Below are positions 38,001 through 49,510 of a stretch of 64,000 nucleotides of DNA, piece after piece (within the stretch, counting starts at the first letter, position 1; each line of letters begins with the position of its first letter). Under the pieces are notes generated by a model, which saw nothing but the letters and a program-made list of their open reading frames with translations, was not told the origin of the DNA and searched no databases. The stretch comes from Okamejei kenojei (Eukaryota), in the NCBI GenBank assembly GCA_035221665.1, contig CM069151.1, positions 39,618,001 through 39,682,000 of the forward strand, given 5' to 3'. The translations under genes and the position numbers were made by a program.

Positions 38001-39312
38001 TCCTATCCCACTTGCACTCCAATGAAGGGCTGAGTTACAGTGCCATCAACAGTGCCAAGAGTGCCCTGTCAGCATACTTGTGCCGAGGGTCAGATCTCCA
38101 GCCTTTAGGGTCCCACCCGTTAATATCAAGATTCATGAAGGGTGTGTTTAATTCCAATCCTCCTAGGCCTAGGTACTCTCAAATCTGGGATGTGAGCATG
38201 GTACTCACGGTGCTCCGTCAATGGAGTACAGCCTCATCATTGTCCTTACTAAGGATCACCCTCAAATTGGTCATGCTCATGGTGCTTACATCAGCGCAAA
38301 GGGTTCAGACTCTCCACAAACTGCGTCTGGACAGGATGGTGTCATCACAAAATGACGTTACTTTTCACGTCTATGACTTACTCAAACAGAGCAGACCAGG
38401 GGTGTCAGGATTCAAGCTTGTATTGTCAGCTTATCCCGCAGATTCACGCCTGTGTGTAGTGGAGCATTTGAAGCATTATATTGACGTTACGAAGAGCCTC
38501 AGAGGGTCCGAGGTAGCACTACTTATAAGCCACAAAAAGCCACATAAGCAAGTGTCATCTCAGACCATCTCACGATGGCTGAAGCAAGTCCTGGGATGTG
38601 TGGGAGTTAATACTCAAAACGTTAAATCTCACTCCACCAGGGCAGCATCGACGTCAGCGGCGAGGGCAATGGACGTCCCTCTAGACCACATCCTCGCGGC
38701 CGCAGGATGGTCAAATGAATCGACTTTTCAGAGGTTCTACAACAAGCCGCTTGTTGAATCCGGGGTATTCGCCCACTCTGTGTTAAATTTTGTTTCATAG
38801 CTTCTCTCTGGGAGAGCGGAGTTGCTATTGTATATTTTTGTTAGTTGTGAATTAAAACATTAACATGTTAATCAATATCATGAATCAATGTTGTTACTAA
38901 TTCACTCCTCCTGAGTCAACTGCTTGCAGTGTGATACGCCGGGATTTGGATCGGCGTGAAAGCACAGACCTTTAAAGTCTTCATGGAATCAGTCACGTGA
39001 CTCCGAATTAAAATAGTAAGATTAAACGAGAACTTACCAGTTTGAAGTTTGAACTTTATTTAATAAGGAGTTACGATGAGCGATTATATGCCCACCGCTC
39101 CCAACCCTCGTATCCGAAAGCTCATCTGGTAGTTCTAGAGTTATAATCTTACTATAATACTTCAAGTGTTGTTTTCTGTGATTTCACACCGCTGCTTTGA
39201 AGATTGACGCGCATGCCGACTGGCGGGGTTCTTCAGGTAATTGCTCATCGTAACTCCTCATAAAATTAAGATCAAACCTCAAACTGGTAAGTTCTCATTT
39301 AATCTTACTATT
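35065..39312 (+). mobile_element. DIRS1-type retrotransposon, copy 2 (5'-truncated, in intron 3 of the IgSF gene)
   Basis: RT (PKKDGGCRMILDL, LPNGLTSAPR, YFDD), RNase H (INYLEL, IDNTTAVAYVN), MTase-like domain and YR. ICR at ~38977-39090; 3' terminus ...ttaatcttactatt. Confidence 0.92.
37822..38800 (+). pseudogene. DIRS tyrosine recombinase (best-preserved copy, frameshifted near the N-terminus)
   Basis: ORF 37955-38800 has SAQRVQ (catalytic R), KSHSTR (HxxR), AGWS and FQRFYNK (catalytic Y). The N-terminal SWRNSTKRQ segment is in another frame. Confidence 0.85.
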
Positions 39313-39559
39313 ATGTGACAGGAATGAGAATCAGAGTTCACACGCTGGATTCCTGGTGAAGAACCATGCATACTGGGGAAAGAAATGTTCATAGCAAAGT
39401 CACCACATTTCTGGAGTTTAACATTCAATTCCGGAAATTAACAGGTTAATATTCCGGCTGCTGCAAGCTGAAGAATTAAGAGGAAGCGTATCAATGCTCT
39501 CTATCCGAATGTAGAATTCTTAACCCAAAAACCTTCATTATGATAAACTACATGTAAAC

Positions 39560-40260
39560 AATGTGACTGCAAAATACTGCCATGAGTGTCCTTTGTTTAG
39601 GTAGGATCTGATGCCCTGTGTGAGCTGCTTTGCCTGTGGCTGCTAAGGGCTCTGTGCTAACAAATGTATACATGTTGGGTTCCTTTCGGGTCAGAGCTGG
39701 AAATATTCATGTTATTTCCTGATTTGCCATCCACTTTTGTTGAAGGGACGTCACCTTTGTCTTCCAGCAGATCACATATTTGTTCTTGCTAGAGACAAGC
39801 AAGTGGACTGAGCACACACATTTGGAATGGTTGTTGTCTTCTCAATGCTGCTGAATGTCATTGACTGCACCCATGCCGCATTGCAGGCTTCACATATCAA
39901 CACAGGGATGTACCACAACTGGTATAAAATTCATTCCCTTAATAGCCAGTGCATGCACAAGCATACCCAGTATTCTAGCACCAGTATTAACACCTTTATT
40001 CTTTGGTTGTGCACTGTGTTTCAGTGTTTGAGCATCCGCAATAAACATAAAGTTGGCAAGTGGAAACAAAGACATTAAGCTGAACATATGATACCTCAAC
40101 AAATGGATAGTATGCACATTATGAATATTATGCCAGCATATACAGTCCGATAGAACAGACAGTCATAGCATCACATGGCCACCAATGGTCTTGGGGGTGA
40201 CAAGGCCATTTATTTCTGCCATATAGGGTAGGTCCTCACTTACCAGAACCTTCTCAAATG
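39560..40260 (+). mobile_element. Degenerate PIF/Harbinger transposase fragment
   Basis: ORF 39827-40078 contains VIDCTHAAL and YHNWYKIHSLNSQ, matching the Harbinger DDE motifs IDCTHV and Y.NRK.HSLN.Q. Boundaries are approximate. Confidence 0.6.
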
Positions 40261-40298
40261 GCTCAATCATACCATATTAGCAGAATTTTTGTGATGAA

Positions 40299-41108
40299 CT
40301 AGATTTAGTGGGACCCGTTGGCTCCCTGTCACACGGGAGGCCTGGTCCCCCAATGCAACCGGTTCCCCAACTCAATATTCCACCACTCACCCGTTTCCTC
40401 AATACAACCCGTCCCCCCCAACTCAATATTGCACCACTCATGCATAGCCCCCAACTGCGCAGGCACTGCTCATTTCCCCTCATCCCCCAGCACTCCCTCC
40501 CCCTCCTCTTCACCCTCCCTTTTCTTTCCCATCTCCTCCTCCCCAATCTCTCCCTCCCTCTCCTTTCCCCTACCCTCAGTCCCTCCATCCATAACTCCTC
40601 TCCCCTCCCTATCCCCTCCTATCCCTCTATCCCCCACTCCTCACCTCCCGCTATTCCCCCCACTATCCCTCCTGACCTCCCCCACTGTCCTCCTCTCCCT
40701 CTATTCCCCACTCCCTACCTCCCCCACCTTCCCTCCTCTCCCTCTATTCCCCCTCCTGCCCCACTCTCCTCACCTCCCCCACTTTCCCCCTCTCCCTCCC
40801 TACCCTTTCCTCTCCCTCAACCCCCCCCACTCTCCCGCCTCACCTCCCCAGGATCTTTCCCCTCTCCTCATCCCCTCCCCAATCCCTCCCTCACCTCTCC
40901 CTCCCTCACCTCTCCCCGACCCTCAGTCACTCCCTCCCTCCATCCATAAAAAGCAGCATCTACAGTTCGCTCCTCCACAGGTCATTCATTGTTAGATGTG
41001 GTTTAGATCCCGTTGACTTGACGATTGGACCAGTTTGCATCCTGTGTTTGTGTGTGAGTTACTCAAACTCCGCGCAAACTGCTTAGCCACCCTGCAACCC
41101 GAATCTAG
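40299..41108 (-). mobile_element. Helitron-like non-autonomous element with a C/T-rich interior
   Basis: Minus-strand end gggagcc-aac-gggtccc hairpin, 7 nt, then CTAG|T. A second CTAG|T occurs at 41105-09. Low-complexity pyrimidine core at ~40480-40945. Confidence 0.45.
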
Positions 41109-42239
41109 TAGAAGCAATGTGACACACCACTCTGAGAGAACTCAGGAAATTTCCTTTCTACTTTCAGCTTGATTCACTTGGCAACATTCTAATTCAAGTC
41201 TGAAGTTCAAACTCCATTAATGGCATGTAAACATTATCCCGGAAAACATTCCAACCATACGGGATCTGGTATACATCATGCTGTTGTTTTCCAGACATTG
41301 TTGAGTATGAATCAGCCTCAACATTTAACTTTGTTACAATTCAAAATTATTCTAATTACGTTAAACTTTTTAATTAGAAATTACATATATATATATATAT
41401 AGATACAATTTCTAATTAAAAAGTAAAGCATGTCATTAGATCCAAAAGCTGGATTTGATTATAAACCAAATTGTGGAATTAAAAAAAACTATGTCATTTT
41501 ACATGACCTAAAAATTGTGCAAACATTTTCCACACACATTTCCATTTCCTCTATTCATGAAAAACATGTTTTGTGGTTTTGGGTGTTTTGCTATTTCTAA
41601 AGGTCAGCAAATTGATATTTTAGTTCAGTTTGTGTGACCAGGTCTAATCCAGTCAAATAACTTTGTGCACTTGTTATTTTTAAAGAAAATGAAAAGCACA
41701 AAACCCGATCCGGAAGGTGAACTTACTGATGAAATAATTCAAATATGTTAAAGCATTTAAAAATAAATTAGCTAAGAATTAGTGAAATCAAATAACTTTA
41801 TGTAATCAAAATTAAAGATCTCACTATAAAATAATTTCATTAACAACAAGAAAGAAAAGGACAAATAAACAAAACAATTGAAAATAGTTATAGAAAATGG
41901 AAAACCTGAGCACAACAATTGAATGGCGGAGTGGATTGATTTTTAAATGTGGTGGAAGTTATAAATAAAAAGCCCTCAAAACAAGAAGTTTGGTCCCAAG
42001 TTCTGATCAGATTAGTTTATTATCATCTCCAAGAGGGTGTTCCTTGTTCCTTGTTCACCCGAAGCTCACAGTGTAACAGTAAACATACGCTAATGATAAA
42101 TACAAAAATATGATGACGAGTGCAAAACAGCAGAATCGTGCACGATTGTCATGCAAAATCCATGAAGTGCAAAAGAACATTAAAATACAATAATATAATA
42201 ATCAATGAGATAGAGCATCTCTGGAAAGGTGGTGTAAAA

Positions 42240-42925
42240 GAGATGATTGCTTCAGGATTCCGTTAGCAATGTGGAAAGTGGTTCTTAATTCTGGACATCT
42301 GGGCATTCAAGCTCCTGTATCATCTCCCAGAAGGTAGAAGGGAGAAAAAGGAATGGCTGGGACAGCAGGCGCATTTGACAATACTTCCAGCCTTCCTGAT
42401 GCAATGCACCATGAAGGTGTGGAAGAAAGAGACAAGCCTGTGATGAACTGGAGATGGAGGTAAACAAAATAACCATTGCAGGTCAGAGTGAGTGAGTCTG
42501 AAGAAGGGTCCTGATCTAAAACGGCACCTATTCATCTTCTCCAAAGATGCTGCCTGACCTGCTGAGTTATAGTACTCCAGCATTTTATGTCCTGCGATGG
42601 ACTGTTTTGTGTTCAATACTCTCTGCAGGTCAAGAACAGAGCAGATCCCATAGCATTCTGAGATGTATCCTTCACAATGCATCTGGTAGCGCATCTATAG
42701 AAGTTTAAGAAAATCCTCGTGGACATGTTGAATCTTCTTAGGCACATAAGAGAGTAAATGCACTGATGAGCTTTCTTGATCACTGCATTAGTGTCAAGGG
42801 ACCCGGTTAGGTTGCTGCTGTTACCAAGAAACATTAAGCTGTCGACCATCTTCACAGCCTCTCAGTTAATGAGGACGGGGTTGGGTTCATCCCTCTCCCC
42901 AGCCCTACTTCCTTAGGTCAACAAT
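42240..42925 (-). mobile_element. Rex1/Babar-like LINE fragment, interrupted by a Penelope pLTR piece
   Basis: KKAHQCIYSLMCLRRF, FYRCA, LQRVLNT and FSLLPSGR motifs. Confidence 0.65.
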
Positions 42926-43059
42926 CAACTTTGGTAACAGTCCTGGGCCGAGATAATGGAATCGCAAAATGAGGAAGAGTTAAGAGAATGTGTCAGCACC
43001 TCTGTGAAGTTTATGTGTAAGTGGTGCTCATTTCCGCTGCACAACCTCAACTTACCCTG

Positions 43060-43585
43060 AAACTGTAACTTATAACCATATAACCATATAACAATTGCAG
43101 CACGGAAACAGGCCCTCTCGGCCCTTCCAGTCCATGCCGACCATTTGTTTTCCCCTAGTCCCATCTACCTGCACTCAGACCATACCCCTCCATTCCCTTC
43201 ACGTCCATATACCTATCCACTTTACTCTTAAATGTTAAAATCGATCCTGCCTCCACCACTTCTGCTGGAAGCTGATTCCACACAGCCACCACCCTCTGAG
43301 TAAAGAAGTTCCCCCTCACGTTACCCCAAAACCTCTGTCCCTTAATTCTCATGTCATGCCCTCTTGTTTGAATCTTCCCTACCCTCAATGGGAAAAACGT
43401 ATCCACGTCAACTCTGTCTATCCCTTTCATCATTTTAAAGACCTCAATCAAGTCCCCCCTTAACCTTCTGCGCTCCAAAGAATAAAGACCTAACTTGTTC
43501 AACCTTTCTCTGTAACATAGTTGCTGGAACCCTGGCAACATTCTAGTAAATCTCCTCTGTACTCTCTCTATTTTGTTGACAACCT
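43060..43585 (-). mobile_element. CR1 3' fragment
   Basis: ORF 43155-43541 with LERRRLRGDLIEVFK and FFTQRVVAVWNQLP; (ataacc)n tail. Confidence 0.88.
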
Positions 43586-44589
43586 GTCGTCAGCGATAGA
43601 GATATTTTGAGAGAGCTGTTTTCAGAACGATGATTTCCCCAATCTTTCAGAGAACCATTCAGATCCGCGACTTTGTCAGGTGGACTTTGCTTTTTACAAA
43701 ACTGTACGCCCTTGCTTTGCTGAATGAGGTAATCTGTTAACCCACTCTTGTTAATGTTGATGATATTATAGAAGCAGAAAAGATCAGTCATTAACATGCC
43801 ATCCTGGTCATTCCCAGTTGGACCTTGAAAGCTCAGACATCTGGACTTAATAACAACAACTTTCCCATGGCTAACCAACTCCTGAACTAATCATCACATT
43901 TCACACCCCTTTCCCAGAGGTGCTGCCGTGTAATCTTATTCTTAACTCTATCTCACTCAGTTTTCCACTTTTCCACTTTTTTTTGTACTACTTCAGATTG
44001 CACCGAAATCTTTACACCATTCTCATGTTTTGCATTTGTCACTGCATTTATTGTTCATGTATTTATTGTTTACTCTGTGAGCTTCATGCAAACTAAGAAT
44101 TTCAGTGTCCTGCTGGAGTCTATAACAATAATCTGAATCTGTATTTTCATTATTTTGAACAAAAATGCGTCACGTTGATGAAGCCTCACTCTTTGAGAAC
44201 TTTTCCCAGGATCTTCATTGGCTTTTCAGGCCAAATTGATTTTTTCCAGTTGAAAAGTGCAGTTTTTAACAAATTCAAATGGGGTAAAATTTGCATTATA
44301 AACTGTCCAAGCCAAAATATTTTGATTGATAACTTAAATTATATTTCTACAGAACTTTGTACATCTATACAAAACTTAAATGGCTTTGGGACGACACCAG
44401 CTACACATTATTATTAATACTGCAACTATACTTTGGTAATGATTAATTGATAGAGATGTGAAAGTGTAAAGGAAATTAATAGTTGCAAAAAGTTTCTATA
44501 AATAAAATTATTAAACATATTGAAATTGTTCTGGGGAGTTGTTTAAATGGACCATACAAAAGTGATTTAACAATTCTAATTTTCCACAG

Positions 44590-44688
44590 ATCATAAATGG
44601 AGGACCTGGATTTCCATTTTACTTTCCATAAGTGGAGGAACAGCTTGCCTTTTCCTTCTTGTGCTCTTCCTTATAAAATGTGCATGCA
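44590..44688 (+). CDS. IgSF V-C1 receptor, exon 4 (transmembrane: DHKWRTWISILLSISGGTACLFLLVLFLIKCAC)
   Basis: Acceptor ttttccacag|, donor TGCA|gtaagt, phase 1/1, 99 nt. Contains a ~23-aa uncharged hydrophobic stretch. Confidence 0.85.
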
Positions 44689-44971
44689 GTAAGTGACGTC
44701 ACATTGATCTTTCCCTAAAGCAAATAATCCACTTTTAGGCGCTATCCTGATTCTGTACCATGATTCTCACTTAATTAATCCCGTGTTTGCATCTATTGTC
44801 CCACTTTTTTAAATTGACATAATAATATTAAGTAAATTATTAGATATGTCTGCTTTTGAAGCTATATAATATATTCCTAACATGACATGAGATACTATAG
44901 TTCACTTTACTACAAAGTAGAGACTATTTTTTAAAACTAATTATTCCCCTTCATTATTTTATTTCACATAG

Positions 44972-45042
44972 AAAAGAAGGGAATTCAAGAGCAAACAAGA
45001 ATTCAAAGTAATCGAACTTTGAACCTTGAATGGAATAACATG
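44972..45042 (+). CDS. IgSF V-C1 receptor, exon 5 (cytoplasmic: KKKGIQEQTRIQSNRTLNLEWNNM)
   Basis: Acceptor ttattttatttcacatag|, donor ATG|gtaaat, phase 1/0. Basic stop-transfer KKK follows the TM and the frame is open. Confidence 0.75.
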
Positions 45043-45214
45043 GTAAATATTTAATAATTTTTTTTAAAAAGAGAATGTATATTTAGTCCTCTCCGGTTAC
45101 TTATTCAAAGCAAATGTTGGTCTGTCTGTCCCCTCTCAGAATTCTCTGGGATTTCCACATAACCAGACCAGGAGAAGCAGGCTTGTGAGTTTGAATTTCT
45201 GTATGGCAATGTTT

Positions 45215-48200
45215 AATAGTAAGATTAAATGAGAACTTACCAGTTTGAAGTTTGATCGTTATTTTATGAGGAGTTACGATGAGGGATTACGTGAAGAAGC
45301 CCCGCCTGGCGCATGATCGGTATACTTCAAAGCAGCGGCATGAAAAACACAGAACCAATGGCCGGAGTAAGATAGTAAGGGTTACATAGACTAGAACTAC
45401 CAGATGATCATTTATATTATGAGAGTTGGGAGTGGAGGGCATGTAATCCCTCATCGTAACTCCTCATAAAATAACTCCCCATAAAATAACGATCAAACTT
45501 CAAACTGGTAAGTTCTCGTTTAATCTTACTATTTTACTTCGGAGTCACGTGAGTGATTACGTGAAGATTTTGAAGCTCTGTGTTTTTTATGTCGTAGATT
45601 CATTCCATATGACACTCTGTTTCAGTCAACACAGTAGTGAGTAAATAATATATTTTTTAAAACATTGCTTCAGTTTATGTAATGTCTTTTAATTATAAAA
45701 GAACAAAAGTGATAACCCCTTTATCCCAGGGGAAAGTTTACAACGAAAGTGATAAAGGTATAAAGTGATAACATAAATCGATAATATAATTCAATAGTGA
45801 AAACAAAGCAAACAATCGCAGAGAACACAACACTGCGTGTCCAAACCCTGGCACCGTGAGAACAGGTTTATCGTAGAACTTTGAAAAAGTTTTTTCTTTA
45901 CACCACCCTGCGGCCTCTAAAATTTGGTCGAGTGGCATGTGCCTTTTCCGCGGACATAGCTGCTGCCCTGGTGGAGTGAGATTTAAACACATCAGTGTCT
46001 ACTCCTGCTAAATCCAAAACCCAGCAAGGAACTCCAAAACATTTGATATGTTCGCAGTATGATAAGATATCTTTGACTGTCTACAGAAGACTTCCCATAT
46101 CTTTATATGCGACATATATTGTTTTTTAGTGCTATTTCGCCAAGCCAAAGCTATAACATCCATGGTCCTATCCGACAGTCCAAGCCCTTGCCATGGTCTG
46201 GTCAGAACCTGCAGATTAACAAATTCATATGATCATGCAATGGATGAATTTCTTTTGTTACTGGTTGCACCAACAAATTACTGCAGCTAAGAATCGTCAT
46301 AAACGGTTCAATAATCATTTTAAGCATCAATGGGAACCATGCCTGTGTAGGCCAATTTGGAACCACCAATACGCCTGTGGCAGAGTCTTGCTCTATTTTC
46401 GTAAGACATTGCCCAATCAGGCAGAATGGGGGAAAAGCATAAAAGAACATATTCCCCCAATGTAGCGAGAATGCATCCACCGCTACTGCTCCTAGGTCGG
46501 GTTCCCAAGACACGTATTTGGGCAATTGGTGATTTAATCTAGACGCAAACAGATCAATGTCTGGTAATCCATACCGACTGACAATATTTTTGAAACTTGT
46601 GGATTTAGCATCCATTCCGTATTGTCTTTAAATTTTCTTGATCTGTTGTCTGCCACAACATTGTCTCTCCCTGGGAGATAAATTGCTGAAAGCCAAATAT
46701 TGTTAACAATACACCAATGCCATATCTGGTTAAACAGAAAATCACATGATAATGATCTTACGCCACCCATGTGATTAATATATGCAACAGCTGTGGTATT
46801 GTCTACTTGTAATTGGACATGCAAATCCTTCATAGTAGAACAATAAGCTTTTAATCCATAAAATTCCCCCAATAACTCCAAATAATTAATACCATATGTT
46901 TGGAGAAACAATTCCTCTTGGACAGTCCATCTGCTACCACAGCTGGTGAAATTATCCGTAGCCCCCCATCCGAGAGCACTTGCATCAGTTTGTAAAAACA
47001 CCATTGGCTGCTGAACTAATATGTTTTTAGCAGCTTGTGGAACATTCTCAATCCACCACTGTAACTCTGATAAAGCCTCCTTTGGCAATTGCATGGGCCT
47101 ATCAAAATGGCCTGCTCGCTTTTTTAATGCTTGTGTTTTTGCCCTTTGGAGATTTTGGTAATGTAGTGGACCAAATTCCACTGCAGAAAATGCTGCTACT
47201 AACTTACCAATAACCTTTGCTACTTCTCAGATGAAGGGATAAGGTTTGTCAACAAGGCAACAACACACATTTGTAATATCAACAACTTTGTCTCTTGGTA
47301 AAGTTACTTAACATGGTAACTGAATTAATCACAAACCCCAAATAGTCAATTGTTTGGGATGGCTGAAGCCTAGATTTTGTTGGATGGATCAGGAACCCTA
47401 GCCTTTCAACAGGCTTGTAGTTGCTGAACTGATTTTTCACTGACTCCTGATCAGCATTGCCAATTAAAATGTTATCAAGATAAACCATGACAATGTGTTT
47501 TTTTTTGTGCCCTTAACAGTGCAAGTGCTGATTTCAACAATTGTGTGAACAGCCGAGGAGCTGAGCTTAATCCATTAGATAATGCCTTAAATTGCCACAG
47601 CTGACCCATCCAATTAAATTTAAAGTACCTGCGAAAATGACGATGAATTGGTACTGAATGATACACATCCTTGATGTCTATAGTAGCCATGTAACAACCT
47701 GTTGATAACAACTGCCTTGCAGGGTTGAAGGTGTCCATTTTGAAATGTTTATACTGAACAAATGTATTAAAGTGTGTGAGGTCCAGAATGATTCTACAAC
47801 CCCCATCTTTATTAGGTCTGGGGAAATTATTTGATACAAATTGTTGTGGATGCTTACCCGTTTTTTCAATTACTCATTTTCTAAATACATTTTTAACCTC
47901 TTCTTTTATTTGAGATTTTTCAGGTGCAGAAAACATCAAAATAGGATTAGGTTTATTCTGTACAGGTGGATCAATTCCTTCTACAAATTCTATTGTAGAT
48001 CCTGACACAGTATCTAATATAAACCGATCAGATGTTATGTAGTATCATTCATCATAAAACAATTGTAATCTACCACCAATCGGAGGTTCATCAAAAGGTT
48101 CCTCTGTGATAGAATAAAGTTTTTGTATCTCTCCAAATGCACGTGATGGCCTCCTTTTCCCAACAATATGGGTTTACTTAAGGCTGTGCTGGATGATAAT

Positions 48201-49425
48201 ACTTCCTCACCATACTCCTGCCTCTGCTTGTTCCAGCTTCAAAATCAAATTCCCTTCACATTGGACCATACCTTCTTTGGCCAAAATTGAAAGGTTTCAT
48301 GAGGCTGATAGTCTTTGCCTCTTCATCAATATCTTTGATTTGTTTTAGGCAGGTTTTCTCCGAACAAATAACCAGGAGCTTGAACATTGCTTGATCTGCA
48401 CAGACCTGCAAATCTGGGCCGAATGGTAATTTTCCTCATACAATTGAGCTCAAAATATGAGTTATAAAACAATGCCAACATGTCTTATTGAATTTTGGTC
48501 ATTGCACAACCTTCCACTTGCTTCCCAAAAGCAGTGATGCCACCCGCAATAAGCTTGAGAATTCTTTGGAATCGTATTTCCTGTGCCCGCACTATTGAAG
48601 ACATGGGTGCTCAAAATCGGATTCACCGTTGGCACCCTTGGTAAAGCACAAGTGTTTCATATAATTCTGCTGTTTCAACCATAACAGCCTCCTAAAGCTG
48701 GTGAGAAACCAATTAATGTTGGCCACCATGGTTACCTTCCATGGCCTCACCGCTTCCTTCAGGTATCGTACTTTGTACCACATCAAGTACACCTGGATTT
48801 ATTCTTGTGCTGTGGTGGTACTCATGACCACAATCACCACTTTCAGGGTCAGTCTCCTGCTGCCCTGGTACTCCTGAGACTTGCTCAAGGAGACTACCTC
48901 CAGCCCAATCCGAGGCTCTGCAGGTTCATATTCCCACATTGGTAAGGCACCATATTCTCGATATGGAAACCCCTCAAGGCCTGCCTGGGAATATACTGGG
49001 TTTTTAGACCCTTGGTTGATGATTGTTTGGAGCATTTCACAATCAGAGTCATCAGAAACCAAGGGCCTCTCAGATTTCCCTTTATTTTCTTTGGCTCACT
49101 GTTGGGTATATCAATGGCCACCGGTATCGGAACCGGACCCGCACTAATCTGCCGTCCCAACTGTTTTTCTTCACCCCGGGACGCTCGTTTTACCCTCATT
49201 GATTTTTTTCGGAACTTTCTCCATTTTTCTTTGCACGCCAGCGTCATGGAGTTTGAATTTGCCCTGGAAGTAAAATAAATTCACTTACCTGTGCGCCTGT
49301 TCCTTACCGCTGGTGGAGCTGCGCTCTGTAGCTCTTTCCCTACCGACAGCGTCGACGTAATGGCCGATGATGCGCCAGGCTGGGCTTCTTCACGTAGTCA
49401 CTCACGTGACTCCGAAGTAAAATAG
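45215..49425 (-). mobile_element. DIRS1-type retrotransposon, copy 3 (both ends intact, YR internally deleted; intron 5)
   Basis: 3' terminus at 45215, ICR at ~45440-45567, 5' terminus at 49425. ORFs 46202-46615 (MTase-like), 46534-47181 (RNase H) and 47475-47738 (RT). Confidence 0.92.
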
Positions 49426-49510
49426 CCTAATGTGGACCTTGGATAATCCTGCAAAGTTTTAATTGCAATTACAAAATCAAGCAAACAACTCATTAGAAAT
49501 AGAAGCATAG

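Noticed and set aside
37073-38800. Prophage or bacterial integrase plus methyltransferase (contamination or HGT)
   Set aside because: These domains sit with RT/RNase H inside ITR/ICR-bounded DIRS retrotransposons.
40277-40995. Pro/Ser/Leu-rich ORFs as a mucin-like stalk exon of the receptor
   Set aside because: Polypyrimidine interior of a repeat with no convincing phase-1 splice pair.
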